Assembly: GCA_050952625.1 (NCBI GenBank)
Contig: JBMNLH010000001.1
Span: forward strand, 81,056-145,055
Direction of reading: 5' to 3'
Length of the DNA stretch: 64,000 nucleotides
From: Bacillota bacterium
GTDB lineage: Bacteria > Bacillota > Ch66 > Ch109
Below, piece after piece: positions 20,067-30,029 of the stretch. Each line of letters begins with the position of its first letter. The stretch's first letter is position 1. The notes beneath the pieces were generated by a model, which searched no databases, was not told the DNA's origin, and saw only the letters and a program-made list of their open reading frames with translations. The position numbers and the translations under genes are program-made.

Positions 20067-21487
20067 ATGAATTAAAGAAAGCGGCGAAAAGCACCACCAA
20101 ACGGCCTATGCCCAGCCAGGACCCCCAATTGCGGGTGAAAAATTTTCGGGAGGTTGCCCTGGGGTATACTGAGGAGGATGCCCTCCTGGAAGCCAGCCGA
20201 TGTCTCAATTGTAAAAAAGAATACTGCCGGGAGGGTTGTCCGGTTGAAATTGATATTCCGGCTTTTATTAAACGAATAAAAGAACAGGACTATTTGGGAG
20301 CGGCCCGGACAATTAAAGAAAAGAGCAGCCTGCCGGCAATCTGCGGTCGGGTTTGTCCCCAGGAAAGCCAGTGTGAAAAGTATTGCGTCCGCGGCCAAAA
20401 AGGTGAGCCAGTAGCCATTGGCCGGTTGGAACGGTTTGTGGCTGATTACGAGTTAGCTCACGGCAGTTCAGCGGCCGGCAGTCTGGAAAAGCCGGTCAGC
20501 AACGGGCACCGGGTGGCCGTGGTGGGTTCGGGTCCAGCGGGTTTAACGGTTGCCGGTGATCTGGCCCGCAAAGGTTATGCCGTAACCATATTTGAAGCCT
20601 TGCACGTGGCTGGCGGGGTGCTAATGTATGGGATTCCTGAGTTTCGACTTCCCAAAACAATCGTGCAGCGGGAGATTGAAGGGATCCGGCAGTTGGGAGT
20701 AGATATTCAAACCAATGTGGTCGTCGGCCGAACCATTACCGTGGAACAGCTTTTAAGCGAAGGGTATGAGGCAGTCTTTGTGGGTACCGGGGCTGGCTTA
20801 CCGTATTTTATGGGGATTCCGGGAGAGAACCTGAATGGCGTCTATTCGGCCAATGAGTTTTTAACCCGGGTCAACTTAATGAAGGGCTATCTTTTCCCGC
20901 AGTACCTGACCCCGGTCAAAGTCGGCCGCCGGGTCGCGGTCCTGGGAGCCGGCAATGTGGCGATGGACGCAGCCCGCACTGCCTTACGGTTGGGGGCGGA
21001 AGAGGTTTATATTGTCTATCGCCGGTCCGAAGCGGAGATGCCGGCCCGGCACGAAGAGATCGAATGTGCCAAAGAAGAAGGGGTGCAATTCAGGCTGTTA
21101 ACCAACCCAGTCGCCATCAATGGCGATCAGGAAGGTTGGGTTAAAAAACTGGTTTGCCTCCGTTATGAACTGGGCGAACCAGATGAATCCGGCCGACGTT
21201 CCCCCATCCCCATCCCTGGCTCCGAGCACAGTCTGGAAGTGGAGACCGTGGTGGTAGCGATCGGCCAGGGGCCAAACCCATTAGTTGCTTCGACTACCGA
21301 AGGGCTGGCGGTTAACAAGCGGGGTAATATTGTGGCCGATGAAAATGGTCAGACTTCACGGCCAAGGGTGTTTGCCGGGGGGGACATCGTGACCGGCTCG
21401 GCAACCGTTATTCTAGCCATGGGTGCCGGGAAAAAAGCAGCCGTCGCCATTGACCGGGCCTTACGCGAGGGGAGAGGAGAGTACTAA
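20042..21487 (+). CDS. nfnB: NfnB/SudA/GltA-like NADPH-dependent glutamate-synthase-type oxidoreductase large subunit
   Basis: Two 4Fe-4S Cys clusters (CLNCKKEYCREGCP, CGRVCPQESQCEKYC) and FAD/NAD Rossmann motifs (VAVVGSGPAGL, VAVLGAGNVAMD). The start is the in-frame ATG overlapping the end of nfnA; the ORF-track start at 19952 lies inside nfnA. Confidence 0.85.
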   Translation: MWMRLPSVDELKKAAKSTTKRPMPSQDPQLRVKNFREVALGYTEEDALLEASRCLNCKKEYCREGCPVEIDIPAFIKRIKEQDYLGAARTIKEKSSLPAICGRVCPQESQCEKYCVRGQKGEPVAIGRLERFVADYELAHGSSAAGSLEKPVSNGHRVAVVGSGPAGLTVAGDLARKGYAVTIFEALHVAGGVLMYGIPEFRLPKTIVQREIEGIRQLGVDIQTNVVVGRTITVEQLLSEGYEAVFVGTGAGLPYFMGIPGENLNGVYSANEFLTRVNLMKGYLFPQYLTPVKVGRRVAVLGAGNVAMDAARTALRLGAEEVYIVYRRSEAEMPARHEEIECAKEEGVQFRLLTNPVAINGDQEGWVKKLVCLRYELGEPDESGRRSPIPIPGSEHSLEVETVVVAIGQGPNPLVASTTEGLAVNKRGNIVADENGQTSRPRVFAGGDIVTGSATVILAMGAGKKAAVAIDRALREGRGEY

Positions 21488-21603
21488 ATCCTGAATATAT
21501 CATTTCGCAAGTAGCGTGAGAATTGAATTCCTTGCTAAATGGGCCTGAGACGGGAGTTAACCGGCTTCAGGCTCATTTTTTTGTTTATCATATAACCTGA
21601 AGT

Positions 21604-22959
21604 GTGGGTAAGATGGTAAACTATAACGAATGGTTATGTATCAGTTCACCTCAAACCAACACTTGTTTTCCGAAAAAGCGTATAATCAAGGGTAAACTAT
21701 TTTATAATGGCTTAGCATTTTTCAAGAAGTGGGAGTCTTTTGATTCAGATCAAAACAGTTTCGAAATTCAGCCAGTTGGTAAATCATTGACTGGGGGTAT
21801 TAGTTTGATCTATTTAGATAATGCGGCTACCTCCTGGCCCAAGCCAGAGGTTGTCTATCAGGCGGCCGATCAGTGCCTGAGGGAATATGGAGCTAACCCC
21901 GGTCGGGGCGGTCATCGGTTATCCCTGCAGGCGGGACGGATGATTTTAGAGACCAGAGAACTGCTGGCGACTCTTTTTAATATTCCAGATTCATCCCGGA
22001 TCATCTTTACCGGTAACGTTACCGAAGCCCTGAACTTAGCCATTAAAGGGTGGCTGCGGCCGGGTGATCATCTGGTCATGACCTCCATGGAACATAATGC
22101 TGTGGCTCGGCCGGTTTTCGGCCTTCAAGAACTGGGGGTTAGTCATTCTGTGGTTCAGTGTTCACCGGAAGGTCGGTTAGCTGTGCGCGATCTGGAAAAA
22201 AGCCTGCGCCCAAACACCCGGTTAATCTGCATTAATCATGCTTCCAATGTAACGGGGACTATTCAGCCGCTTGAAGAAATTGGCGATCTGGCGGCGCGGA
22301 AAGGGATACCGTTGCTGGTAGATTGCGCTCAGACCGCCGGCGTGCTGCCGATAGATGTTGAAAAGTGTCAGATAAGTTTGTTGGCTTTTACTGGTCACAA
22401 AGGTTTGTTCGGCCCTCCGGGGACCGGCGGGTTGTATATTGCCGAGGGAATCAACCTGAGACCGCTTAAAGAAGGTGGGACCGGCAGCAAATCGGAACTG
22501 TTGTCACAGCCTGAAGACCTGCCCGAACGGTTTGAAAGCGGTACCCCTAATACCTCTGGTCTGGCCGGACTAGGAGCTGGAGTTAAGTTTATTCTCGATC
22601 AAGGAATAGACACAATCCGACGGCATGAACAGGAATTAACCCGACAGCTTCTGGATGGGCTGCAGCGGCTAGAGGGAGTAACCATTTACGGGCCGAGAGA
22701 TTATACAGAACAGACCGCGGTTATTTCTTTGAATATCGAGGGTCGGGATGCGGCGGAATTCAGTTTTTTATTAGACCATTTATTTGATATTGCAACGAGA
22801 GCTGGTTTGCACTGCGCCCCCTTAGCCCATCAAACCCTGGGTACCCTGGAAACCGGCACCCTGCGGCTCAGTCCGGGTTACTTTAATACCGCAGAAGAAA
22901 TGAATGTTCTGCTAGAGGCCCTGCATTCAATTGTCAAGGATCAGTCGCCGGGGCGATAA
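21604..22959 (+). CDS. Class V aminotransferase / cysteine desulfurase family protein (PLP-dependent)
   Basis: NHASNVTGTIQPLEEI, the lysine region FTGHKGLFGPPGTGGLY, and the C-terminal active-site region HCAPLAHQTLGT. The ~60 aa N-terminal extension looks atypical. Confidence 0.7.
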   Translation: MGKMVNYNEWLCISSPQTNTCFPKKRIIKGKLFYNGLAFFKKWESFDSDQNSFEIQPVGKSLTGGISLIYLDNAATSWPKPEVVYQAADQCLREYGANPGRGGHRLSLQAGRMILETRELLATLFNIPDSSRIIFTGNVTEALNLAIKGWLRPGDHLVMTSMEHNAVARPVFGLQELGVSHSVVQCSPEGRLAVRDLEKSLRPNTRLICINHASNVTGTIQPLEEIGDLAARKGIPLLVDCAQTAGVLPIDVEKCQISLLAFTGHKGLFGPPGTGGLYIAEGINLRPLKEGGTGSKSELLSQPEDLPERFESGTPNTSGLAGLGAGVKFILDQGIDTIRRHEQELTRQLLDGLQRLEGVTIYGPRDYTEQTAVISLNIEGRDAAEFSFLLDHLFDIATRAGLHCAPLAHQTLGTLETGTLRLSPGYFNTAEEMNVLLEALHSIVKDQSPGR

Positions 22960-23043
22960 CCCGAGGCAACTAGATCCGGGGATAAGGATAAATCAAACGG
23001 TTCTCTTTTACCGTCTTACTCTTAAATAAACAGGTGATAAGAT

Positions 23044-23304
23044 ATGGCTAACGAAAACCTGGCTTATACAGTATTTACTTTCGTCTCCACCCACCATGCC
23101 TTGAAAGCCGAGCAGGTTCTGAAACAGGAACGCCTTCAAGGGACGATTATGCCAGTGCCCCGCGAATTATCTTCCTTATGTGGACTAGCTATTCGTGTTG
23201 AGCCGGGCCTGCGCGAGCAAGTGGAATCCGTCTTACGCAACAAAGGGGTCGGAATAGATGAAATAGTCGAGTTGAAACCGCGCTTTAGACCGAAACATCA
23301 ATGA
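23044..23304 (+). CDS. DUF3343 family small protein (putative S/Se carrier)
   Basis: 86 aa with VFTFVSTHHALKAEQVLKQERLQGTIMPVPRELSSLCGLAIRVEP, matching the DUF3343 pattern commonly found beside cysteine desulfurases. Confidence 0.6.
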   Translation: MANENLAYTVFTFVSTHHALKAEQVLKQERLQGTIMPVPRELSSLCGLAIRVEPGLREQVESVLRNKGVGIDEIVELKPRFRPKHQ

Positions 23305-23446
23305 ACTCGTCAAGCTTCACGGAAAAGCTTTATTCACTGAAATTCTTGGATAGTGCCGAACATCGATCCGGTTTTCAACTCAGATAATCAATAACCTTGA
23401 GCTAGCCCGCGGATTATAGACTTATTCAGAGATTTGTGCTACTCTA

Positions 23447-23525
23447 AAAAGTGAACTATTCAGCTTCGCTGAACACCGAGGCTTCAGATGGAGACTTTAC
23501 TTCACCTGAAGCTGTAACCAAAGCA
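23447..23525 (+). repeat. Dispersed intergenic repeat family, copy A (palindromic core gttcagcttcgctgaac)
   Basis: agtgaactattcagcttcgctgaacaccgaggcttcagatggagactttacttcacctgaagct has close copies at 33571 (+), 25416 (-) and 28676 (-). Confidence 0.6.
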
Positions 23526-23684
23526 ACCCACTTACAGAAGCGGGAGTCTTGTGATTCCGATGAATTATATAATTATTCGGCATGAATCGTTGAAACAGGA
23601 ATATCTTTGAGGTATTCTTTCATAAGGAAAGGAACGAGGAAAGGAACGGTCGATAATGCGTAATGGAAAGGAGACCGTGAGAAA

Positions 23685-24440
23685 ATGCTTGAATTACGCT
23701 CTGTTAGCCTGACTTTAGGCAACGGAAATGGCGGCAGCAAAGAGGTTTTGAGCCAAATAGACCTCACTTTGGAAGACGGCAAATTTTACGCGGTCACCGG
23801 GCCTAATGGCGGAGGGAAAACCTCTTTGGCTAAGGTCATTATGGGTATTTATCAACCGACAGCTGGTCGGATTTACTATAAAGGGGAAGATATTACGGAT
23901 CTTAGTATTACGGAACGATCCCAGCGGGGGATCGCCTACGCTTTTCAACAGCCGCCTCGCTTTAAGGGAGTACGGGTTAGAGATTTATTGAGCATTGCCG
24001 CTAATAATTCGTTAAACGAGAAAGAATATCACTGTCTGATGCACGAAGTCGGTCTCTGTCCGGAAGACTACTTGAATCGAGAGATTGATTCGAGCCTGTC
24101 CGGTGGCGAAATGAAACGAATTGAGATTGCTTCCTTGTTGGCCCGTCCGGCAGAGGTCTGTATTTTTGATGAACCGGAGGCCGGGGTCGACTTGTGGACC
24201 CTCCGGCAGCTAGTCATGATGATTATTGAACGGCACCATCTGCGCAATATTACGACCCTAACGATTACCCATAATGAACGTTTCTTGTCAATGGCTGATG
24301 AAGTCCTGCTGCTGGCTGAAGGACAGATTAAAGAACGAGGCAAGAGAGATAAGGTTTGGCCGCTGATCAAGGACGATATCGCCTGTCAATGGAGACAGAA
24401 GTGTGGAGGCGAGGCTAGTGACCCTGACTGCTATCGATAA
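23685..24440 (+). CDS. sufC: SufC-like Fe-S cluster assembly ABC ATPase
   Basis: Walker A GPNGGGKTSLAKVIMG, ABC signature LSGGEMKRIEIASLL and Walker B IFDEPEAGVD, at 251 aa. Confidence 0.8.
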   Translation: MLELRSVSLTLGNGNGGSKEVLSQIDLTLEDGKFYAVTGPNGGGKTSLAKVIMGIYQPTAGRIYYKGEDITDLSITERSQRGIAYAFQQPPRFKGVRVRDLLSIAANNSLNEKEYHCLMHEVGLCPEDYLNREIDSSLSGGEMKRIEIASLLARPAEVCIFDEPEAGVDLWTLRQLVMMIIERHHLRNITTLTITHNERFLSMADEVLLLAEGQIKERGKRDKVWPLIKDDIACQWRQKCGGEASDPDCYR

Positions 24441-25347
24441 ACAATTACTTGCATCTGTGGCGGATCTGCATGAGATTCCAACTGGTGCCTATAATATTCG
24501 GAAGGATGGCGAAGGGGTGGCCCGTCAGTCCACGGCGAATATTGAGATTTTACCGAAGACAGATCCTAAGCAGCCGGGGATTGATATTATCGTCAAACCG
24601 GGGACCAAAAACGAGTCGGTCCATATTCCGGTGATTATGACTCGAACCGGAATGCATGATCTGGTCTATAATACTTTTGACATCGGGGAAAACGCTGATG
24701 TTTTGGTCGTGGCCGGCTGCGGAATTCACAACGCTGGGTGTGACTCATCCCAGCATGATGGAATCCACGAAATCTTGGTGCGCCGGGGTGCGCGGCTGCG
24801 TTATGTGGAGAAGCATTATGGCGAAGGACCAGGGGAAGGGCAGCGAATTCTTAATCCGCAGACGATTATCAAGATTGAAGAAGGAGCCGTTGCGGAACTG
24901 GAACTGGTGCAAATCAAAGGGGTGGATAGTACCCGCCGGATAACGCGGGCTGAAATACACAACCGGGGCAGCCTGCGCATGGTCGAGAAGCTGCTCACCC
25001 ATGGTCAGCAAACAGCCGAGTCAGAGATGGAAATTTTCCTGATCGGTAAAGAGGCTAATGCCCAAATCATTGCCCGCTCCGTGGCCCAGGATGATTCCCG
25101 TCAGGATTTTCGGGCTAGTTTAATTGGACAAAACTACTGCCGCGGGCATGTGGAATGTGATTCGATCATTATGGATCAGGCCAAGATTGCGGCTTCGCCG
25201 CAGCTTCGAGCAGAACACATCGAGGCCGAATTAACCCATGAAGCGGCAATTGGCAAAATTGCCGGTGATCAATTGATTAAACTGATGACCCTAGGCCTGA
25301 CGGAAAAGGAAGCAATTGACACCATTTTGAACGGTTTCCTTAGTTAG
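24403..25347 (+). CDS. sufD: SufB/SufD family Fe-S assembly protein
   Basis: 314 aa with a beta-helix-type sequence and the SufBD C-terminus (AELTHEAAIGKIAGDQLIKLMTLGLTEKEAIDTILNGF). The start overlaps sufC. Confidence 0.7.
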   Translation: MEARLVTLTAIDKQLLASVADLHEIPTGAYNIRKDGEGVARQSTANIEILPKTDPKQPGIDIIVKPGTKNESVHIPVIMTRTGMHDLVYNTFDIGENADVLVVAGCGIHNAGCDSSQHDGIHEILVRRGARLRYVEKHYGEGPGEGQRILNPQTIIKIEEGAVAELELVQIKGVDSTRRITRAEIHNRGSLRMVEKLLTHGQQTAESEMEIFLIGKEANAQIIARSVAQDDSRQDFRASLIGQNYCRGHVECDSIIMDQAKIAASPQLRAEHIEAELTHEAAIGKIAGDQLIKLMTLGLTEKEAIDTILNGFLS

Positions 25348-25415
25348 GACAGGTCTAGCAACTAAACCCTGTCCCGAAGGTTTAGCTGAATCAAAAGACG
25401 TCGACTTTTATATAA

Positions 25416-25530
25416 GTGGGCGTTAAGTGGGGATACCTTGTTTAGACTTCAGGTAAAGTAGTGTTTCTAGGAGTAGTGTTTCTATCTGAAGCCTTGATGT
25501 TCAGCGAAGCTGAGCGAGATCACTCCAAGC
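25416..25530 (-). repeat. Dispersed intergenic repeat family, copy B (reverse orientation)
   Basis: accttgtttagacttcaggt...tctgaagccttgatgttcagcgaagctga is the reverse complement of the copy A/D core, with a ~30-nt internal insertion. Confidence 0.55.
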
Positions 25531-25576
25531 AGCGGTTTACGCCGCTGCTTTCGCGTAGTTAAAGGGGGCAACACCA

Positions 25577-26476
25577 GTGAATCTTAATCTATTCATCACC
25601 TTTGTTCGGGTTATCGAAAAAAAGAGTTTGTCTGGGGCCGCCCGAGATCTTTTTTTAACGCAGCCAGCGGTAAGCAAGCAGATTCAGACACTGGAGGAAC
25701 TGTATGGGGTTCAATTAATGGAGCGGGTCGGCCGGCGAATTCGCCTGACAGAAGCTGGTGAGATTTTTTACCAGCATGCCCTGGAAATCCTGGGTATTTT
25801 GGAAGAACTAAACGATGACTTAATCCGAACAACGGCAGGTGTGCGGGGCCGTCTGCTGATCGGAGCCAGTACTGTTCCCGGGCATTATATCCTCCCTTCA
25901 TTTATTGGACGGTATAAACGCCAGTACCCGGAGGTTAAAGTGAGCCTGGAAATCGGCGATACCGGCAGTGTCGTTAATTCTTTGTTAGAACAGCGGGTTG
26001 ACTTGGCCGTCGTCGGAGCAACAGTGAAGAACCATAAATTAGTAAGTACCTTATTTGCGGATGATCGGTTACGGTTGATTGTACCAGCGGCTCACCCGCT
26101 GGCCACCCGGACCTCAATCCAGATTGAGGAAATAGTTCAAGAAAACCTGATCTGGCGCGAGAAAGGTTCCGGAACACGGCGCGTGCTGGAAGATCGGCTC
26201 GCTGATCAGGGAGTAAACCTGGATAAATTGAATATCTTACTCGAGTTAGGGAGTACCGAAGCAGTAATTACAGCTGTGGAAGAAGGTTTGGGGATTGCCC
26301 TGGTATCTCAGTGGGCGATCGGCAAAAGTACCGCCTTAGGCCGGATCGCTAGTCCCGAATTGGAGGGGATTGATCTTAAACGGAATCTTTACCTGATTTA
26401 CCGGCGTCAAAAGATTTATAGCCGGGCGATGCAGGCATTTCTAGATCTAAGCAAACTTGATCTAAGCAAAAATTGA
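25577..26476 (+). CDS. LysR family transcriptional regulator
   Basis: N-terminal HTH (LNLFITFVRVIEKKSLSGAARDLFLTQPAVSKQIQTLEE) followed by a LysR substrate-binding domain. Confidence 0.85.
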   Translation: MNLNLFITFVRVIEKKSLSGAARDLFLTQPAVSKQIQTLEELYGVQLMERVGRRIRLTEAGEIFYQHALEILGILEELNDDLIRTTAGVRGRLLIGASTVPGHYILPSFIGRYKRQYPEVKVSLEIGDTGSVVNSLLEQRVDLAVVGATVKNHKLVSTLFADDRLRLIVPAAHPLATRTSIQIEEIVQENLIWREKGSGTRRVLEDRLADQGVNLDKLNILLELGSTEAVITAVEEGLGIALVSQWAIGKSTALGRIASPELEGIDLKRNLYLIYRRQKIYSRAMQAFLDLSKLDLSKN

Positions 26477-26564
26477 GCCAGTCCTGGCCGGTTAATTTAG
26501 ACCGAGCTCGGAGACAATAAGGCCAAGAAGCAGACTTTTTGAGTGATTAGAGGGGGTTAAAGCT

Positions 26565-26840
26565 GTGGCAAAGCAAAATTGGCCGGTAGTCTCCAAAAGG
26601 GATTTTTTGGGACAAGGTGACTGGTCGCGAGAGTATTACGAAGGATTGCTGGTAGTTAACCACGGTGAGCAAGGCTACGATTTAGGAGTAGAATTAGAGG
26701 GTGAGCAGGTTTTAAAGGTGGATAGAGCCTCAGCCGATGAGATTAAGGACCGGGTTCAGTATTGGGGAGCCCGCTTGGAGGATATTCGAAAAGAGTACGG
26801 GGTACGGGATAACCGCACCGCTGAGTTCTACAGGGGTTAA
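26565..26840 (+). CDS. Hypothetical small protein
   Basis: 91 aa ORF with a GTG start after a GAGGGGG RBS. I recognise no family. Confidence 0.3.
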   Translation: MAKQNWPVVSKRDFLGQGDWSREYYEGLLVVNHGEQGYDLGVELEGEQVLKVDRASADEIKDRVQYWGARLEDIRKEYGVRDNRTAEFYRG

Positions 26841-27138
26841 CAACTGCTACGATTTTATAGATTAATATAATCAACAGCTCTACAATATCTATATGAAACT
26901 AAGCGAATTTTTCGTGCTTCATCTGCTTAAATATACGAATCTTGGGTTATGACTCAGTCATCAAACTAGTTTGGGAACGAAAATTAAGGGAATGTAAACT
27001 TTTAAACGCTGACCTTTGATGGCGTCTCACCTTAGCTGGTTGGGACTGCCATTTTTTTGTTTAGTGCTTGACCGAACTTCAGGTCTACGTTACATTATGA
27101 TTAGATTACTGCAGAATGATAGATGGAGGTGTCGTTGT

Positions 27139-27423
27139 TTGCCTTTATCCGAAGGTTCAACCCTATCGACTATCTTGTGGTTTTTCGTTGTCCCGTTTGC
27201 CCTTTTAATCGGGATAATTGTATTGCCGCAACGAAATCGCCAAAAGAAACAAAAAGAGTTTATCGAAAGTTTAAAGGTGAAGGATAAAGTCGTCACCTAT
27301 AGTGGCATTATTGGAGTCATTGAAAAGATCGGTCAAAGAACAGTTATTCTTCGGGTCGATGAGAAAACACGGATGGAGTTCCTCAAAGAAGCAATTACCA
27401 AATTGGCTAAGGATTTGGATTAG
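27139..27423 (+). CDS. yajC: Preprotein translocase subunit YajC
   Basis: One TM helix followed by PQRNRQKKQKEF...LKVKDKVVTYSGIIGVIEKIGQRTVILRVDEKTRMEF, the YajC signature. The TTG start with a GATGGAGGTG RBS is proposed; the ORF-track Met at 27016 would add a non-YajC extension. Confidence 0.65.
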   Translation: MPLSEGSTLSTILWFFVVPFALLIGIIVLPQRNRQKKQKEFIESLKVKDKVVTYSGIIGVIEKIGQRTVILRVDEKTRMEFLKEAITKLAKDLD

Positions 27424-27691
27424 ACTTGAATTAGATTTAAATTGGCATTAAGCGATAATTATCGGATAAAATGTTTATGTTTGGTTTATTATTCTCACTG
27501 CGGGCCGAAAGCCCGCTTTTCATTGTTTAACCTCGTGCGGCAAGAAGTCTCCAGCTTGACAAACGGGTTAGTTTGGTATTACCATCTATTTTGTTGCTTT
27601 ATGAAGAATACTCGGTTAGAATATGCTCATAAACATTATTGCTATTATTTAGGCTCTTAATAAATTGAATAATGGGGGATTATAATCAGGT

Positions 27692-28642
27692 ATGAAACTG
27701 CCAGAATTGCAGATTGGCAATCTGATAGCCCGGCTCCCAATTATCCAGGGAGGGATGGCTGTTCGCATCTCTACTTCTCGCTTGGCGGCAGCCGTGGCTA
27801 ATGAAGGTGGCATAGGGATTATCGCTATAACCGGGATGAGTGTTGAGGAACTAAAGGCTGAGATTCGGAAAGCGCGAGAATTGACCAAGGGAATTATCGG
27901 GATAAACTGCCTTTTCGCCGTGCGTGATTTTGCTACCTTAGTAAAAGCAGCGATTCAGGAAGGAATAGATTTGGTCGTCTCCGGAGCCGGATTCTCCCGA
28001 GACATGTTTCAGTGGGGGAAGGAATCAAACACACCCATTGTCCCGATTGTTTCTTCAGCGCGACTAGCCAAAATCGCCGAGAAGTTAGGCGCAGCCGCGG
28101 TCGTAGTTGAAGGTAAAGAGGCCGGGGGACACCTGGGAACTACTGAACCAATGAAAAAAATCCTGCCCGAGGTCAGGGCCGCGGTCAGCATTCCGGTTAT
28201 TGCGGCCGGTGGAATTATTGATGGAAGGGATATTGTTGAGGCCTTCAAACTGGGAGCCAATGGGGTTCAAATGGGCACCCGCTTTGCGGCCAGTGAAGAA
28301 TCTGGAGCTTCACGTGAGTTCAAGGAGCTTTATTTGCGCGCTGCCTTAGAAGATGTTGTTTTAGTCAAAAGCCCGGTCGGTCTCCCTGGGAGAGCCTTGA
28401 AAAACCGGTTCTGGGAAAGAATTAATCAGGGTGAAGATCTAAGTCCGGAAACTTGTCGCGCCTGCTTAAAACACTGTTCTGGTGATTATTGTATTATGGA
28501 AGCTTTAGAGAAAGCCCAACAGGGAGACATGGAGAACGGCCTCGTCTTTTCCGGGGAGCTAGTTCAAAGAATCAAAGAGATATTGCCAGTCAAGAAAATA
28601 TTTCAAAACTTGCTGCAGGAGATTGAGACTTCTCCGGGATAA
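27692..28642 (+). CDS. Nitronate monooxygenase / FabK-like enoyl-ACP reductase (NPD family, FMN TIM barrel)
   Basis: IQGGMAVRISTSRLAAAVANEGGIGII, GINCLFAV, AGGIIDGRD and GANGVQMGTRF. Confidence 0.75.
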   Translation: MKLPELQIGNLIARLPIIQGGMAVRISTSRLAAAVANEGGIGIIAITGMSVEELKAEIRKARELTKGIIGINCLFAVRDFATLVKAAIQEGIDLVVSGAGFSRDMFQWGKESNTPIVPIVSSARLAKIAEKLGAAAVVVEGKEAGGHLGTTEPMKKILPEVRAAVSIPVIAAGGIIDGRDIVEAFKLGANGVQMGTRFAASEESGASREFKELYLRAALEDVVLVKSPVGLPGRALKNRFWERINQGEDLSPETCRACLKHCSGDYCIMEALEKAQQGDMENGLVFSGELVQRIKEILPVKKIFQNLLQEIETSPG

Positions 28643-28675
28643 GTTTATCTGCATCAAAAGACTTATCCTTCTATA

Positions 28676-28760
28676 AGCAGGGTTACCTTGTTTAAATTTC
28701 AGGGTGAGGCAGAGTCTCGTCCGAAGCCTCGCTGCTCAGCGAAGCTGAACGAGTTCACTA
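28676..28760 (-). repeat. Dispersed intergenic repeat family, copy C (reverse orientation)
   Basis: ggttaccttgtttaaatttcagggtgaggcagagtctcgtccgaagcctcgctgctcagcgaagctgaacgagttcac. Confidence 0.55.
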
Positions 28761-29013
28761 AAATACGAAGAATTACAAGTTGAGCAATCTGTTATTGGGA
28801 ACCAATAGTTCCCATTTTTGTTTTTGTTGATTGTTTATTTATGTGTGCAATTTAGCACAATTTTGTTGCCAAGAGAGTTTTTTTCTAGAAGGATAAAGCT
28901 CATTAATGTCGAAGTATTAATTTAGAAACTTGTTAGGATTAGAATCAATTTTCAAATTAGTCAAAAAATTATAACCCTTAAAAACTAAGCTTACATAAGG
29001 AGTGGGTAAAAAG

Positions 29014-30012
29014 TTGCAGCAAGACATTACTCAAATTAGAAATGGGATGTATCAGGCAGGGTATATCTGTGATGACAAAACTGCGACAACCTTATTTTTA
29101 GCAGAAGCCCTGCATAAGCCGATCTTGGTGGAGGGTCCGGCCGGGGTCGGGAAAACCGCGATCGCCCAAGCTTTTAGCCGCATGAAAGGTCTGCCCTTGA
29201 TTAGACTTCAGTGTTACGAAGGAATTGATGAATCCAAAGCTCTATACGAATGGGATTACAAACGACAATTACTCCATATTCAGGCGGTAGCCAATCAAAC
29301 AATTGATGTAAAAGAAGTCGAAAAGGATATTTTCTCAGACCATTTTCTACTGCGTCGGCCTTTGCTGACCGCCATCAGTTGTCCCACTCCCACCGTTCTG
29401 TTGATTGATGAGATTGATAAGGTGGATTTTGAGTTCGAAGCAATGTTGCTAGAACTCCTCTCGGAATTTCAGGTAACCATCCCGGAATTTGGCACTGTTA
29501 AGGCGGAACACCTACCTTTTGTTTTTCTGACATCCAACGCCACCCGCGAGTTATCTGAAGCTCTTAAACGACGCTGTCTGTATTTGTATTTAGATTTCCC
29601 GGTCCAAGAACTGGAGGAACAGATCCTGCTGTTGAAAATCCCGGAAATCCCGCAACAGTTAGCCGGGCAGATTGCCTCTGTTGTCCGCAAGATCCGGCAG
29701 GTTCAGCTGAAAAAATTGCCGAGTATCGCTGAAAGCATTGACTGGGGACGTTCGCTGATTAGCCTGGGTAAAGATGACCTGGATGTGGAAACTACTTTAC
29801 GCACCTTGAATATACTAGCTAAATACAAAGATGATTTGCATAAATTAGACCAGATGGTACAAACCCAGAAAAACTTAAACTTTCAGCCCGTACTAGGATC
29901 TTCGCTGTCAACTGGTTCAACCCCGGTGCCGGAAGCCAAAAGTAGTGAGGCCCCAAGTAAACCTGCCCTGACAATGAAGACAATCGAAAAATACTACAAG
30001 AATAAAAAGTAA
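29014..30012 (+). CDS. MoxR-family AAA+ ATPase (CoxD-like)
   Basis: Walker A ILVEGPAGVGKTAIAQAFS and Walker B LLIDEIDKV, at 336 aa. The exact start is uncertain: GTG 29002, TTG 29014 or ATG 29047. Confidence 0.75.
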   Translation: MQQDITQIRNGMYQAGYICDDKTATTLFLAEALHKPILVEGPAGVGKTAIAQAFSRMKGLPLIRLQCYEGIDESKALYEWDYKRQLLHIQAVANQTIDVKEVEKDIFSDHFLLRRPLLTAISCPTPTVLLIDEIDKVDFEFEAMLLELLSEFQVTIPEFGTVKAEHLPFVFLTSNATRELSEALKRRCLYLYLDFPVQELEEQILLLKIPEIPQQLAGQIASVVRKIRQVQLKKLPSIAESIDWGRSLISLGKDDLDVETTLRTLNILAKYKDDLHKLDQMVQTQKNLNFQPVLGSSLSTGSTPVPEAKSSEAPSKPALTMKTIEKYYKNKK

Positions 30013-30029
30013 ATAGCGAGGTTTTGGGT

